From: an uncultured delta proteobacterium
GTDB taxonomy: Bacteria; Myxococcota; Myxococcia; Myxococcales; Myxococcaceae
Direction: 5' to 3'
Assembly (NCBI GenBank): GCA_963771175.1
Contig: CAVYSY010000052.1
Coordinates: 1 to 64,000, forward strand
Length of the DNA: 64,000 nucleotides
The notes under the pieces were generated by a model, which did not search any database, was not told the DNA's origin, and worked only from the letters and a program-made list of their open reading frames with translations. The position numbers were made by a program, and so were the translations under genes. Positions within the stretch are counted from its first letter, which is position 1. Each line of letters starts with the position of its first letter. This document shows, piece after piece, positions 43,472 to 56,923 of the stretch.

Positions 43472-44077
43472 ATGTTGGACAGACAAGAGCGTGGACGCAG
43501 GACAAGGAGCACCTTGGGGCTGAGCGTGCGGCATCCCTCCAGGGTCGTCTTCCTCAACTCCGTCAGCCTCGCCGAGATTGTGAGGAGGGGTGAGTTGGGG
43601 GACCCCAAGCGTCTTTCGGAACTCGTGAGGCTGCTGCGCCCGGACATCACCGATACCAGCGCCCGCGTGCTGTTCGAGGTGAAGCCGGACGACGAGGAGT
43701 CGCGCGAGGAATGCAGAGAACAGGCGGGGCGCTACCTGGCTGCCCTGAACAAGGCCGTCGACCCTGACAAGAAACTCGTGGGAGGCATTGGCTTCGAGGG
43801 GGCCCTCTTCCTCGAATTCGAGAACGGGGGAGCACTCTGGAAGTTGTCCTGGCGCACGCCCGAGCCCGGAGTGACGCTGTACCGCTGGAGCTACCGGCGC
43901 AAGAAACCCCATGAGACCTGGAAGGAGCGGGCAGCCCAGAAGGAAGAGGAGTTTCCCAGGGAAGAAATAGCCCAGCGCGGTGAGTTGGCCGAGCAGGCGA
44001 TCCGGTCTGCCTATGAAGGGGGCGAACGCCCCAAGGGCTTCCAGGGCCAGGTCTACCTGCCTGGGGACTGCCGTTGA
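43472..44077 (+). CDS. PD-(D/E)xK nuclease-like domain, probably an N-terminally truncated toxin
   Basis: LRPDITD....LFEVKP......Q..RY; no signal or lipobox. Confidence 0.55.
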   Translation: MLDRQERGRRTRSTLGLSVRHPSRVVFLNSVSLAEIVRRGELGDPKRLSELVRLLRPDITDTSARVLFEVKPDDEESREECREQAGRYLAALNKAVDPDKKLVGGIGFEGALFLEFENGGALWKLSWRTPEPGVTLYRWSYRRKKPHETWKERAAQKEEEFPREEIAQRGELAEQAIRSAYEGGERPKGFQGQVYLPGDCR

Positions 44078-44084
44078 GCCCCCC

Positions 44085-44143
44085 GGGTGTCTGACTCGTA
44101 GAGAGCGAGGACCAGGGCCGGAACGAGTCCTTTGATACCTTCC
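44085..44143. repeat. Imperfect palindromic GGTGTCA element (second full copy)
   Basis: GGGTGTCTGACTCGTAG ... GGAACGAGTCCTTTGATACCTTCC. Confidence 0.75.
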
Positions 44144-44163
44144 TGGGCTATCACTAGAGCCGC

Positions 44164-45531
44164 TCAGCGTGTCGATTCATCCACTCGCTCCTTCTGACTC
44201 CGGGCGTCCAGGACCACCTGTCCGTCCTTCATCACGAACCGCACTTGCTTCAGCGCCCCGATGTCCTTCAGCGGGTCGCCCTCCACCGCGAGCAGGTCCG
44301 CGAGCTTGTTCGGCTCGAGCGAGCCAATCTGGTCCTGCATGCGGAGCAGCTCCGCCGCGTTCACTGTCGCCGCGCGCAGGATGTCCACGGGCTTGAGGCC
44401 GGCCTCGGCATAGGCGCTGAACGACTTCACGCTGGCCTGTCCTCGCGTCAGCCCTGGCATCACGATGTACATGTCCGAGCCCGCGGCAAGCCGAACGCCC
44501 GCTGTCACCGCGCGACGGAGGCGGTCATGGGCCTTGGTGATGAGCTTCCTGCAGCGCTCCTTCATCTTGCGCTGGCGCTCCGCGTTGCCCGTCTTGGCAT
44601 CGAATAAGTCGCACGCGTCCATCGGGCCTTCGGTAGGCACCATGAAGATGCGCTTGCGGGCCATGGGCGCCAGCACGTCATCGGGGAGGGAGTACGCGTG
44701 CTCGATGGAGTCGACGCCCGCCTGGACCGCGATGCGAATGCTCTCGTCGGTGGTGGTGTGCGCCGCCACCGGACGCTGCTTGCGGTGGGCCTCCTCGGCG
44801 ATGACCTTCAGCTCCTCCAGCGAGAGGAGGTTGTGCCCGTTGTCGACGATGACCTTGAGGCAGTCCGCGCCGTCGGGAATGGCCTGCCGCACGGCGCGCC
44901 GGGCCTCCTCCACGCCGGAGATGGTGACGTACTCCTGCTCGATGAGGGCCTGAGCTGGCGGTTGGAGCCTGGGGAACTGCCCGCCATGTGGAGCGAGCGC
45001 GCGGGTGCAGGCGGAAATGCGCGGGCCCTGCACCCAGCCACGCTGGATGGCGTCGCGCAGCGCCACGTCCCCGTTGACCCCGGAGTTGCCGACGTCGCGC
45101 ACCGTGGTGACGCCAGCCTCGAGCATTTCGCGGCCCAGCTTCGCTCCCAGGAGCGCGCGCTCGGCGGTACTCCTCTGGGCGACGGTGGAGCTCAAGCTGT
45201 CGCCGCCGCTCTCCGTGTCGACCTCCAGCAGCAGGTGCGAGTGCGCGTCGATCAGCCCAGGCAGCAGGGTGAGGTCGCCCAGGTCGATGACCCGTGCCCC
45301 CGAGGGGATGGAGAGGCCGGTGCCCACGGCCTGGATGCTCGAGCCTTCGATGAGCACGACCGCCTCCGCCAGGACCCTGTCACTCTTCCCATCGAAGAGC
45401 CTCGCGGCGCGTAGGGCGATGCGCGTGGGCTCCGGGGAGGCGGGAGCCTGGGCCCATGACGGCGTGGGAAGGCTCCACAGCAGGACGGTGCCAATGACAG
45501 TCGTGAAGAGTCGCCGGGAAGGGGAGGGCAA
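44164..45531 (-). CDS. Secreted metal-dependent amidohydrolase (prolidase-like)
   Basis: LPGLIDAHSH, GVTTVRD, AAH, SIEH, GSD, ADLLAVEGDP; TTG start after AGGAG. Confidence 0.9.
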   Translation of the reverse strand: MPSPSRRLFTTVIGTVLLWSLPTPSWAQAPASPEPTRIALRAARLFDGKSDRVLAEAVVLIEGSSIQAVGTGLSIPSGARVIDLGDLTLLPGLIDAHSHLLLEVDTESGGDSLSSTVAQRSTAERALLGAKLGREMLEAGVTTVRDVGNSGVNGDVALRDAIQRGWVQGPRISACTRALAPHGGQFPRLQPPAQALIEQEYVTISGVEEARRAVRQAIPDGADCLKVIVDNGHNLLSLEELKVIAEEAHRKQRPVAAHTTTDESIRIAVQAGVDSIEHAYSLPDDVLAPMARKRIFMVPTEGPMDACDLFDAKTGNAERQRKMKERCRKLITKAHDRLRRAVTAGVRLAAGSDMYIVMPGLTRGQASVKSFSAYAEAGLKPVDILRAATVNAAELLRMQDQIGSLEPNKLADLLAVEGDPLKDIGALKQVRFVMKDGQVVLDARSQKERVDESTR

Positions 45532-45648
45532 GGAGTGGCTCCTGGGTGCGCGGTGCTGAGCCGCCGCACGGTCGCCGTCCCGCGAGAAAGGTGTCAAATG
45601 ATTCGTTGCGGAGCCCTTGGCCCGCCGTGTGCTTGGGCGCGGTTCACC

Positions 45649-46701
45649 ATGTCTGGACCGCATGACCTCTTCGCCCGCTACACCTTCGGCCACCCCGAGC
45701 GGGCCGCAGCCGAGCTCCGCGCCGTGCTGCCCCCATATGTCATCTCGGAGGTGGACTGGGCGTCTCTGCGGCGAGAGCCCGGCAGCGTGGTGGACCCGGA
45801 ACTGCGCGAGACCGAGAGCGACCTGCTCTTCACGGCCCGACTGCGCACAGGCCACCCGCTGCTGCTGTACGTCTTGCTCGAACACCAGTCCTCGGTGGAC
45901 CCGTGGATGGCTCTGCGCATGCTGCGCTACGTGGTGCGCCAGGTGGAGCGCTGGCGCCAGGAGCACCCGGAGAGCGCGCTGCTCCCGCTCATCATCCCGC
46001 TCGTCATGTACCACGGGCCCGAGGGGGCCTGGACGGCGCCGCGCCGGGTGGAGGACCTCTTCGACCTGCCGGAAGGAGAAGAGCAGCAGGCGCGGTGGCG
46101 AGCGCTGGTGCCACGCTTCGAGTACCTGCTCGATGACCTGACGGCCGAGCGGGAGGCGGCGCTGAGCTCGCGCCCCGGCCCGCCGCTGGTCCGGCTGGCC
46201 TGGCTGGTCCTACGTTACGGGCGTACCAGCGAACTGGCCCGGAAGTTGCCAGATTGGGTGGCGCTCCTCGCGCAGGTGCAGGCAGGCCCCGAGGGGGCCG
46301 AGCATCTGGTGGTGGTCATCCGCTACCTCCTCTGGGTCGGGGACAAGGCCGTCCGTGAAGTGGCCGGGCAGGTGTTACATTCGGTGCTGGGTGAGCAACG
46401 AGCGGAGGCGCTGATGCGAAGCTATGGCGAGGAACTCATCGAGCAGGGACTCCAAAAGGGACTCGAGCAGGGACTCCAAAAGGGACTCGAGCAGGGCCGG
46501 GAAGAGGGTCGGCAGCAGGGACTGACCCGAGGGCGTGCCGAATACGTCCTGCGGACTCTCACCGCGCGGGGCGTGCAGGTCGATGAAACGGCCCGCCAGC
46601 GCATCCTCACCTGCACGGATCCGGCCACTCTCGACCGCTGGTTCGATCGCGCCCTGAACGCCACATCCCTCTCCGACGTGCTGGACGACCTGGCCCAGTA
46701 G
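45649..46701 (+). CDS. Rpn family recombination-promoting nuclease (Transposase_31)
   Basis: HDLFAR, ESDLLF, LLEHQS, IPLVMYHG, EQG repeats. Confidence 0.93.
   Translation: MSGPHDLFARYTFGHPERAAAELRAVLPPYVISEVDWASLRREPGSVVDPELRETESDLLFTARLRTGHPLLLYVLLEHQSSVDPWMALRMLRYVVRQVERWRQEHPESALLPLIIPLVMYHGPEGAWTAPRRVEDLFDLPEGEEQQARWRALVPRFEYLLDDLTAEREAALSSRPGPPLVRLAWLVLRYGRTSELARKLPDWVALLAQVQAGPEGAEHLVVVIRYLLWVGDKAVREVAGQVLHSVLGEQRAEALMRSYGEELIEQGLQKGLEQGLQKGLEQGREEGRQQGLTRGRAEYVLRTLTARGVQVDETARQRILTCTDPATLDRWFDRALNATSLSDVLDDLAQ
46441..46496 (+). repeat. 24-bp coding tandem repeat (EQGLQKGL) in Rpn
   Basis: GAGCAGGGACTCCAAAAGGGACTC x2 + GAGCAGGG. Confidence 0.9.
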
Positions 46702-46706
46702 GCGGC

Positions 46707-47903
<1,197 letters not shown>

Positions 47904-47907
<4 letters not shown>

Positions 47908-49572
47908 GGGTGCTTCGTTCCTTGCTGGGAGAACCAGGCGGTCCAGCCGGCCTGACGATGAAGGTCCGTGGGTTTGATGTCCCCAGCGCGCTGCCCGAGC
48001 TCGATGCACCGGGACTCGTAGTGGCGGGCGCCATCGGAGACGCGGATGGCCTCCACGGGCCCGAGCTGCCCGAGCTCGCGGGCGTAACGGTAGTGGTAGC
48101 CCTCGCACAGGGCGCGCTCGATGGCACGGGCGGCCTCCTCCAGCCGCACGTCGGGCGCATCCGTCTCCAGGAAGAGCCGGTAGCCCGGAGCCGAGGAGGC
48201 GCCCCACTCGGGAGCCATCATCACGAAGGGCGGGCGCCGGCCGCCGAGCACGGGGGCCAGCGTGGCCTCGAGCACGGTGGAGACGCGGGTGGCGGAGAGC
48301 TTCTCGCCGACGAGGTCGCACACTGCATCGGCTCGGCCCATGAAGCGCAGGCAGGGCGTGGCGTGGTGGAAGCCCTCGACGCGCACGAGGTCTCCGATGC
48401 GGTAGCGCAGCAGCCCGCCCGAGGTGGAGAGGAGCACGGAGTAGGTGCGCCCGCGTTCGAGCTCGTGCGCGAGCCGGGGGCGGGCGTCGGGTTGCTCGGG
48501 CTCGAGGAACTCGAAGAAGTGGCTGCGCACGGCGAGCACGGGAGCGGGGGCGCCGAAGAGCGGAAGCGTGACGACACCCTCGGTGGCGAGCAGTCCCTTG
48601 CCCTGGACCTCGACGCCCTGGAAGCGGCGGCACGCGGGCTCGACGGAGTGCGCGGCCTGCGCATCCGTCCACATGCTGAGCAGCGCGAGCTGGGGCCACA
48701 CCAGGCGTCCCTGGAGCCCCAAACGAAGCGCCTCGCGCAGCACTCGCGCCCGCTCCGGCCGAGGCTCGAAGCGCATCCGCGAGAGCACCGCGTCCATCCC
48801 CTCTCCCACCGAAGGCGGCCGGCACACCCCACGCTCCAGGTCATCGGCCAGCCGCTCCCCATGCCGCTCCAGCGCGTCCATGAGGAGCGTGAGGAAGCTC
48901 GGGTTCCACACACTCAGGAGCGCCAATTCCTCACACGCCACGAGGAACCACAGCGTCACGTACCGGCACGACTCGACATCCGGCAGGTGCGCCACGGCCC
49001 CGGGCACGGCGAACACGCGCGAGAGCACCGGCTGCAGGAAGCGCGGGAAGTACGCCGAGTCCTCCACGCTGCCCACCGGAATCCCCCCGGAGGTACGCCC
49101 CTGCTTCCGCCCGATGGGCGAGATGGACCAGTAGCTCGGGCCCTCGCGGACGGCGGGGCGCGAGTACAGCAGGTCGAACAGCATGGGCGCGAGCGCGCGG
49201 TGGAACTCGTCGAGCAGCCCCCGGGTGACGGGGACGTACTTGGACGCGCCCGAGGAGCCTCCAGAGGGCTCGAAGCGCGTCACGGGCTCGCGGGTGAGGA
49301 CGCGCGGCGTGCCCGCCTTGAGCGCCTCGATGTCCGCGAGCACCGAGTCCGGCGTGGACACGGGCACGGCGTCCTGGAATTCGCGGGCGGTGCGGACCCG
49401 GGAGAAGCCTGGGACTCTCGCGGCCTGTGCGGTGTCTCGCACCGGCGCGGAGGACCCGGGAGAGACACTCGGCCTGGGCCTGCTCGGGGTTCGCGAGGGC
49501 CTGGCGGAACAGGAGCGCGGAGGGCGCCTGCGCCGCCATGAGGCATCCCAGGAGTCGGCGTGACGTCAGCAC
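47904..49572 (-). CDS. GH3-family acyl-adenylate/amido synthetase, frameshift near 49450
   Basis: FEPSGGSSGASKYVP, GLLATEG, FFEF, GLLRYRIGD, GEKL. Confidence 0.88.
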
Positions 49573-49576
49573 GGCT

Positions 49577-50348
49577 TCAACCCGCCCTCACGCCCATCAG
49601 CTTCAGGCCTCGACGCGTCCACAGGCGGAGCTGCTTCATGCTCAACTCGGTCAGGGCCCACAGCAGGTCCCTCGCGCGAATCTCCGCCAGGCACACCAGC
49701 TCCTCGCCCTCCACATGCCCGGGATTGCTCCGCGCGAAGAAGGCGATGTGCGGATGGGCCGCCGCCTCCCGGTCGATCGGCGCCACCCCGTCGCGCACCC
49801 GGTAGTGCAAGCCCGAGAAGCGCACCGTCCCGCGCGCCGCGTCGTACTGCGCGCCGAACCACCGCGTGGCCAGCGAGCGCAGGAACGACACGCGCTCGGA
49901 CGGTGCCTCCCAGTCGTGCCGAGGCACGGTGCGCGGGAAGTGGTTCACCGCCAGCAGGTACGTCTTGAAACCCGCGCTCAGCAGCAGCCACAGCAGCGGT
50001 CGCAGGGGACGGCGCAGCTTGCGCGCGAGCATGAAGCGCCCGAAGCGCACCTGCAGCTCCTTCTGCCCCCAGTAGTCCGGGTGGATGACGGTGTCTCCCG
50101 GAGAAGACGACCTCCACCGCGCGCCCCTCCACCTCCTCCTCGGCGACGCGCAGGGTGCTGAAGCCCACCAGCTCACCCGTGCGCCTCGCGGACAGGAGGA
50201 TGACGAACTGCTTGTCGGCCAGGTCCCGCGAGAAGCGCTCGGCGCTCACTCCCGCGTAGCACACCTGCATCAGCGAGAGCATCTGCGCACGCTGACCCTC
50301 GGTGAGCGACTCGCGCGCCACGGTGGCGCTCTTCAAGGCGGAAAGCAT
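49577..50348 (-). CDS. GNAT-fold hypothetical protein, frameshift near 50100
   Basis: LVGFST, VFSGDTVIHPDYWG, SAGFKTY, NPGH..GEELVC. Confidence 0.65.
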
Positions 50349-50357
50349 CGGGACTCC

Positions 50358-53216
<2,859 letters not shown>

Positions 53217-53371
53217 GGAATGCGCCTCCGAGCGCGCGGCGAGAGTGCCGCGCCCCTGCTCCCCTGTCCAGGACGGGCGGGGGGCTTGCACGACCCCCCA
53301 GGTGCCAGCCCACCAACGTGGGCTGCCATGTGCGCTATCCTGACCTCTACCCCCGCCCGCGCCGTCCCTCG

Positions 53372-54007
53372 ATGCTCTCTCCGCTCACCCGTATCCTCAT
53401 CGTGGCCCTGGTGGGCCTGTCCGTGCTGCTCGGCCTCTTCTTCTCGCGGAGGCAGAACGGGCAGCAGGCCCGCGGCGGCCGCATCTCGCCGCCCAAGGTG
53501 GCGTGGCTCTTCTACGCCGTCTTCCTCTGGTTCCTCCTCTGCCCCCTGGTGGCGATGGACCCGGCGCTGCACCCGGGCCTGCGCATGGTGCTCGGCAGCT
53601 TCGGGGCCTGCATGTGGGTGCGCGGCATCGCCGAGCTCTACATGCTCTACGTCTCCTTCACCTGGAAGCCCCCCTACGGCATCGGCCACGACGTGCTCTG
53701 CATCCTCCTCCTCCTCGGAGGGCTCTCCTGGCACCACGAGCTCTTCTCCGGCCCGCTCTCGCGCATGGACCTGTGGGCCCTGTCGCTGCTCGCCCTGGTG
53801 CTGGTGAGCCTCTTCATCGAGGTCATGTACGCCACGCTCTTCTTCCAGGCAGTAGAGGGACACACGACGGGAGAAGACGGCGTCTGGTTCGCCGACGAGG
53901 AGCAGGCCCGCTTCCAACGCATCAACCGCATTACTTTCGCCTGCAACATCCCGCTCTACGCGGGCCTGGCCGGGCTGCTCGCGGTGGCGCTGGGCTTCGC
54001 GGCGTGA
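53372..54007 (+). CDS. Multi-pass membrane hypothetical protein
   Basis: Several TM segments; ELYMLY..W.PPYGIGHD; divergent from the GH3 operon. Confidence 0.7.
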   Translation: MLSPLTRILIVALVGLSVLLGLFFSRRQNGQQARGGRISPPKVAWLFYAVFLWFLLCPLVAMDPALHPGLRMVLGSFGACMWVRGIAELYMLYVSFTWKPPYGIGHDVLCILLLLGGLSWHHELFSGPLSRMDLWALSLLALVLVSLFIEVMYATLFFQAVEGHTTGEDGVWFADEEQARFQRINRITFACNIPLYAGLAGLLAVALGFAA

Positions 54008-54253
54008 ACTTCCGGGCAGGGCGCGACGTCCAAAAGGGGAACCGCGGGCGTCTCGATTTCACGCCCATGTTTCCCGGATGAGAAATTTCTGTTAATACTG
54101 CTATCACGTAAATCGCTGAACTCCGGCCCTTCCCGTGCGTGACAGACGTCTGTGGCAAGGTGCCGGTGTGACGACGGTGGGGAGGCCCCGGCACCCCCGA
54201 CCCGTGGCCCGCCGTCACAGTCGTACCTCCCCCTTCACCCCCACGAAGGACGG

Positions 54254-55810
54254 ATGATGAAGGCATTGTCTCTCGAGTTCCGCGGTACCCGCACGTTGAT
54301 GCTCGGCCTGGTCATGCTCGCCGCTCCCGCGGCGCACGCCAGCGGCGTCAAGGTGCTGGAGCCGCGACTCTCCACCGTGAAGCCCACCAGTCCCGAGTTG
54401 GAGCCGGAGACGCCGGTGCAGCGGCTGGTGGTGAAGTTCCACGAGGGCACGCGCGTGCGCCTGCGTGGCGGCATCATGCGGGCGCTCGCCGGCGAGCGAG
54501 TACAGTCCGAGCACACCCTCATGACGCGGCACGGCCTGTCCGACAAGAGGCTGCGGGTGGACCTCACCGCCGCCCACAAGCTGCTGCAGCACGTGCCGCG
54601 CATGGGCCCGGTGGAGCGCCTCTTCCGCGAGGACGAGCTGAGGCTGGCCGAGCGCAAGCGCACCGCCGAGGAGCTCAGCCGCAAGCAGATGGCGGATCTG
54701 GACCTCTACTTCGAGGTGCCGCTGCTGCCCGGCACCCGCGCCGGGGACGTGAACGAGCTGGTGATGCAGCTCAACGCGCTCGACAGCGTGGAGATCGCCT
54801 ACGCCGAGCCCGTGTACGAGCCGACTCCGATCGCGCGCTCCCAGGAGCCGGCGCCCCGGCACGACGACCAGCAGGGCTACCTGGACGTGGCCCCCGGCGG
54901 CATCGACGCGCGCTACGCCTGGACGGTGCCGGGTGGCAAGGGCACGGGCGTGAAGCTCGTCGACGTGGAGGGCGCCTGGAACGACAGGCACGAGGACATG
55001 CCGTCCTTCTTCTACGCCGGCGGCAGCCAGTTCAACGACGCGAGCTGGCGCGATCACGGCACCGCGGTGCTGGGCGTGGTGGTGGGCAAGGCCAACGGCC
55101 ATGGCATCACCGGCATCGCCCACGAGGCGCAGGCGGGCAACGAGGGCGTCGCCAACCAGAGCATGGCGAGCGCCATCACCCACGCGGCCCTCGCCGCGGG
55201 CCGGGGCGGCATCGTGCTGGTGGAGCTGCAGGCCCCGGGGCCGCGCAGCGTGAAGGACTGCACCTGCAACACCAGCCAGTGCAACTACGTCCCCCTGGAG
55301 TACTGGCGCGCCAACTTCGACGCCATCGCCCTGGCCACCGCCAACGGCGTCCACGTCGTGGAGGCCGCCGGCAACGGCAGCGTGGACCTGGATGACCCCG
55401 TGTACGGCGGCGCCTTCGAGCGCTCGGTGCGGGACTCGGGCGCCATCCTCGTGGGCGCCAGCAACGCCACCACCCGCGCCCCCCTCTGCTACACCAACCA
55501 CGGCAGCCGCGTGGACGTCCACGCCTGGGGCGAGAAGGTGGTGACGCTGGGCTACGGGGACCTCTCCGGCTCCGGCGAGAACCAGGCGTACACGGCCACC
55601 TTCGGCGGCACCTCCAGCGCCGCCCCCATCGTGGCGGGCGCGGTGGCCTCGCTCCAGGGCGCGGCCAACGTCGCCGGCCTGGGCTCCATCGACCCGCGCC
55701 TCCTTCGCGACGTCCTGCGCTCCACCGGCACCCCCCAGGACTCCAGCAAGAAGCAGATCGGCCCTCAGCCCGACCTGCGCGGCGCCCTCCCGCGACTGCT
55801 CGCGCACTGA
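54254..55810 (+). CDS. Secreted S8 subtilisin-like serine peptidase
   Basis: VDVE, HGTAVLG, AAGNG, GTSSAAP; signal peptide and propeptide. Confidence 0.93.
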   Translation: MMKALSLEFRGTRTLMLGLVMLAAPAAHASGVKVLEPRLSTVKPTSPELEPETPVQRLVVKFHEGTRVRLRGGIMRALAGERVQSEHTLMTRHGLSDKRLRVDLTAAHKLLQHVPRMGPVERLFREDELRLAERKRTAEELSRKQMADLDLYFEVPLLPGTRAGDVNELVMQLNALDSVEIAYAEPVYEPTPIARSQEPAPRHDDQQGYLDVAPGGIDARYAWTVPGGKGTGVKLVDVEGAWNDRHEDMPSFFYAGGSQFNDASWRDHGTAVLGVVVGKANGHGITGIAHEAQAGNEGVANQSMASAITHAALAAGRGGIVLVELQAPGPRSVKDCTCNTSQCNYVPLEYWRANFDAIALATANGVHVVEAAGNGSVDLDDPVYGGAFERSVRDSGAILVGASNATTRAPLCYTNHGSRVDVHAWGEKVVTLGYGDLSGSGENQAYTATFGGTSSAAPIVAGAVASLQGAANVAGLGSIDPRLLRDVLRSTGTPQDSSKKQIGPQPDLRGALPRLLAH

Positions 55811-55868
55811 GCGGCGTCGTGCCCCGCGGCTCACCACCCGAGCCGCGGGGTCCGGGCGCGTTGATGAA

Positions 55869-55895
55869 AAACCTGTCCGACAGTCGGACAGGTTT
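55869..55895. repeat. Perfect 13-bp-arm palindrome between convergent genes
   Basis: AAACCTGTCCGAC-A-GTCGGACAGGTTT. Confidence 0.85.
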
Positions 55896-55917
55896 CCGCG
55901 CCGCGCGACCGGGAGGG

Positions 55918-56307
55918 CTAGACGGAGAGGGATTCCTCGTCGCCGTAGATGAGCCAGCGCCGCGCCGCCAGGTCATCGTGGAAGCGGCGGAGGATCTTGT
56001 CCGTCCCGCTCTCGCGGGCCACGCGGTTGAGCTGCAGCGCGGCGAGCTGGCTCTCCACCAGCTCGGCCACCCGCTTCACGCCGTTGCGCAGCCCGAACTC
56101 CTGCACCTCGCGCAGATGCTCCGCCACCTGCGGCGAGGAGGGGCGGAAGGTGCGCATGTCCGCCTTGATCTTGATCTCCCGCCCCGTGAGTCCCAGCGTG
56201 GCGGCTCTCAACTCCTCGACGAACTTCGACATCTCGTCCGGCCGGATGAGCCCGTCCAGGACGAGATCGATGATCGCCTGTTGCTTGTCGACGTCGATCC
56301 TATACAC
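55918..56307 (-). CDS. STAS/SEC14 (SpoIIAA-like) small protein
   Basis: ADMRTF, GVKRVAELV, RF.D..AARRWL. Confidence 0.7.
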   Translation of the reverse strand: MYRIDVDKQQAIIDLVLDGLIRPDEMSKFVEELRAATLGLTGREIKIKADMRTFRPSSPQVAEHLREVQEFGLRNGVKRVAELVESQLAALQLNRVARESGTDKILRRFHDDLAARRWLIYGDEESLSV

Positions 56308-56428
56308 GACCGCTCTCCTTCCGTGTGGGGGGCACGGTGTACGGCAAGAGGGGGGATTACCAGGGAGAGCTAGAGCCTACCATCCCCGTTTCCGGGGAAA
56401 GAGGGACCCCACCCGAGGTGTCGGGTAG

Positions 56429-56923
56429 TCAGCCCCCCTGCAAGCGGGCGAGCAACAGTTCCAGCCCGCGGGCCGCCGCGGCGCGACGGATCGCCCCCCG
56501 GTCCCCGGAAAAGACGTGGCGTTCGCAGGAGCTGAAGCCCCCGCGCCGGCGCACGGCGAGGTGGACGAGTCCCACGGGCTTGGCCGCCGTGCCCCCCGAC
56601 GGACCGGCGATGCCCGTCTCCGCGAGGGCCACGTCCGCGAGGGAGTGGGCGAGGGCCCCCTCGGCGAGGGCGAGGGCCACCTCCTCGCTGACCGCTCCGT
56701 GGGCCACCATCAGCGCCACGGGCACCCCGAGCTGCTCCGTCTTGGCCTCATTGGAGTACGGGACGAAGCCTCGCTCCAGCACCGCCGAGGCCCCGGGAAT
56801 GTCGGTGAGGCACGCGGCCACGAGCCCGCCCGTGCTGGCCTCGGCCAGGGCCAGCCTCAGGCCCGCGTGTCGGTATGCTTCCACCACGCGCCGTGCGAGC
56901 TCCTCCAACCCGGGCTCCATCAC
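56429..56923 (-). CDS. pncC: CinA C-terminal / PncC NMN deamidase
   Basis: AEASTGG, YSNEAK, HGAVSEEVA, TGIAGPSGG..KPVG. Confidence 0.88.
   Translation of the reverse strand: MMEPGLEELARRVVEAYRHAGLRLALAEASTGGLVAACLTDIPGASAVLERGFVPYSNEAKTEQLGVPVALMVAHGAVSEEVALALAEGALAHSLADVALAETGIAGPSGGTAAKPVGLVHLAVRRRGGFSSCERHVFSGDRGAIRRAAAARGLELLLARLQGG

Noticed and set aside
46441..46496. CRISPR-like repeats
   Set aside because: Spacer-less in-frame coding repeat typical of Rpn C-termini
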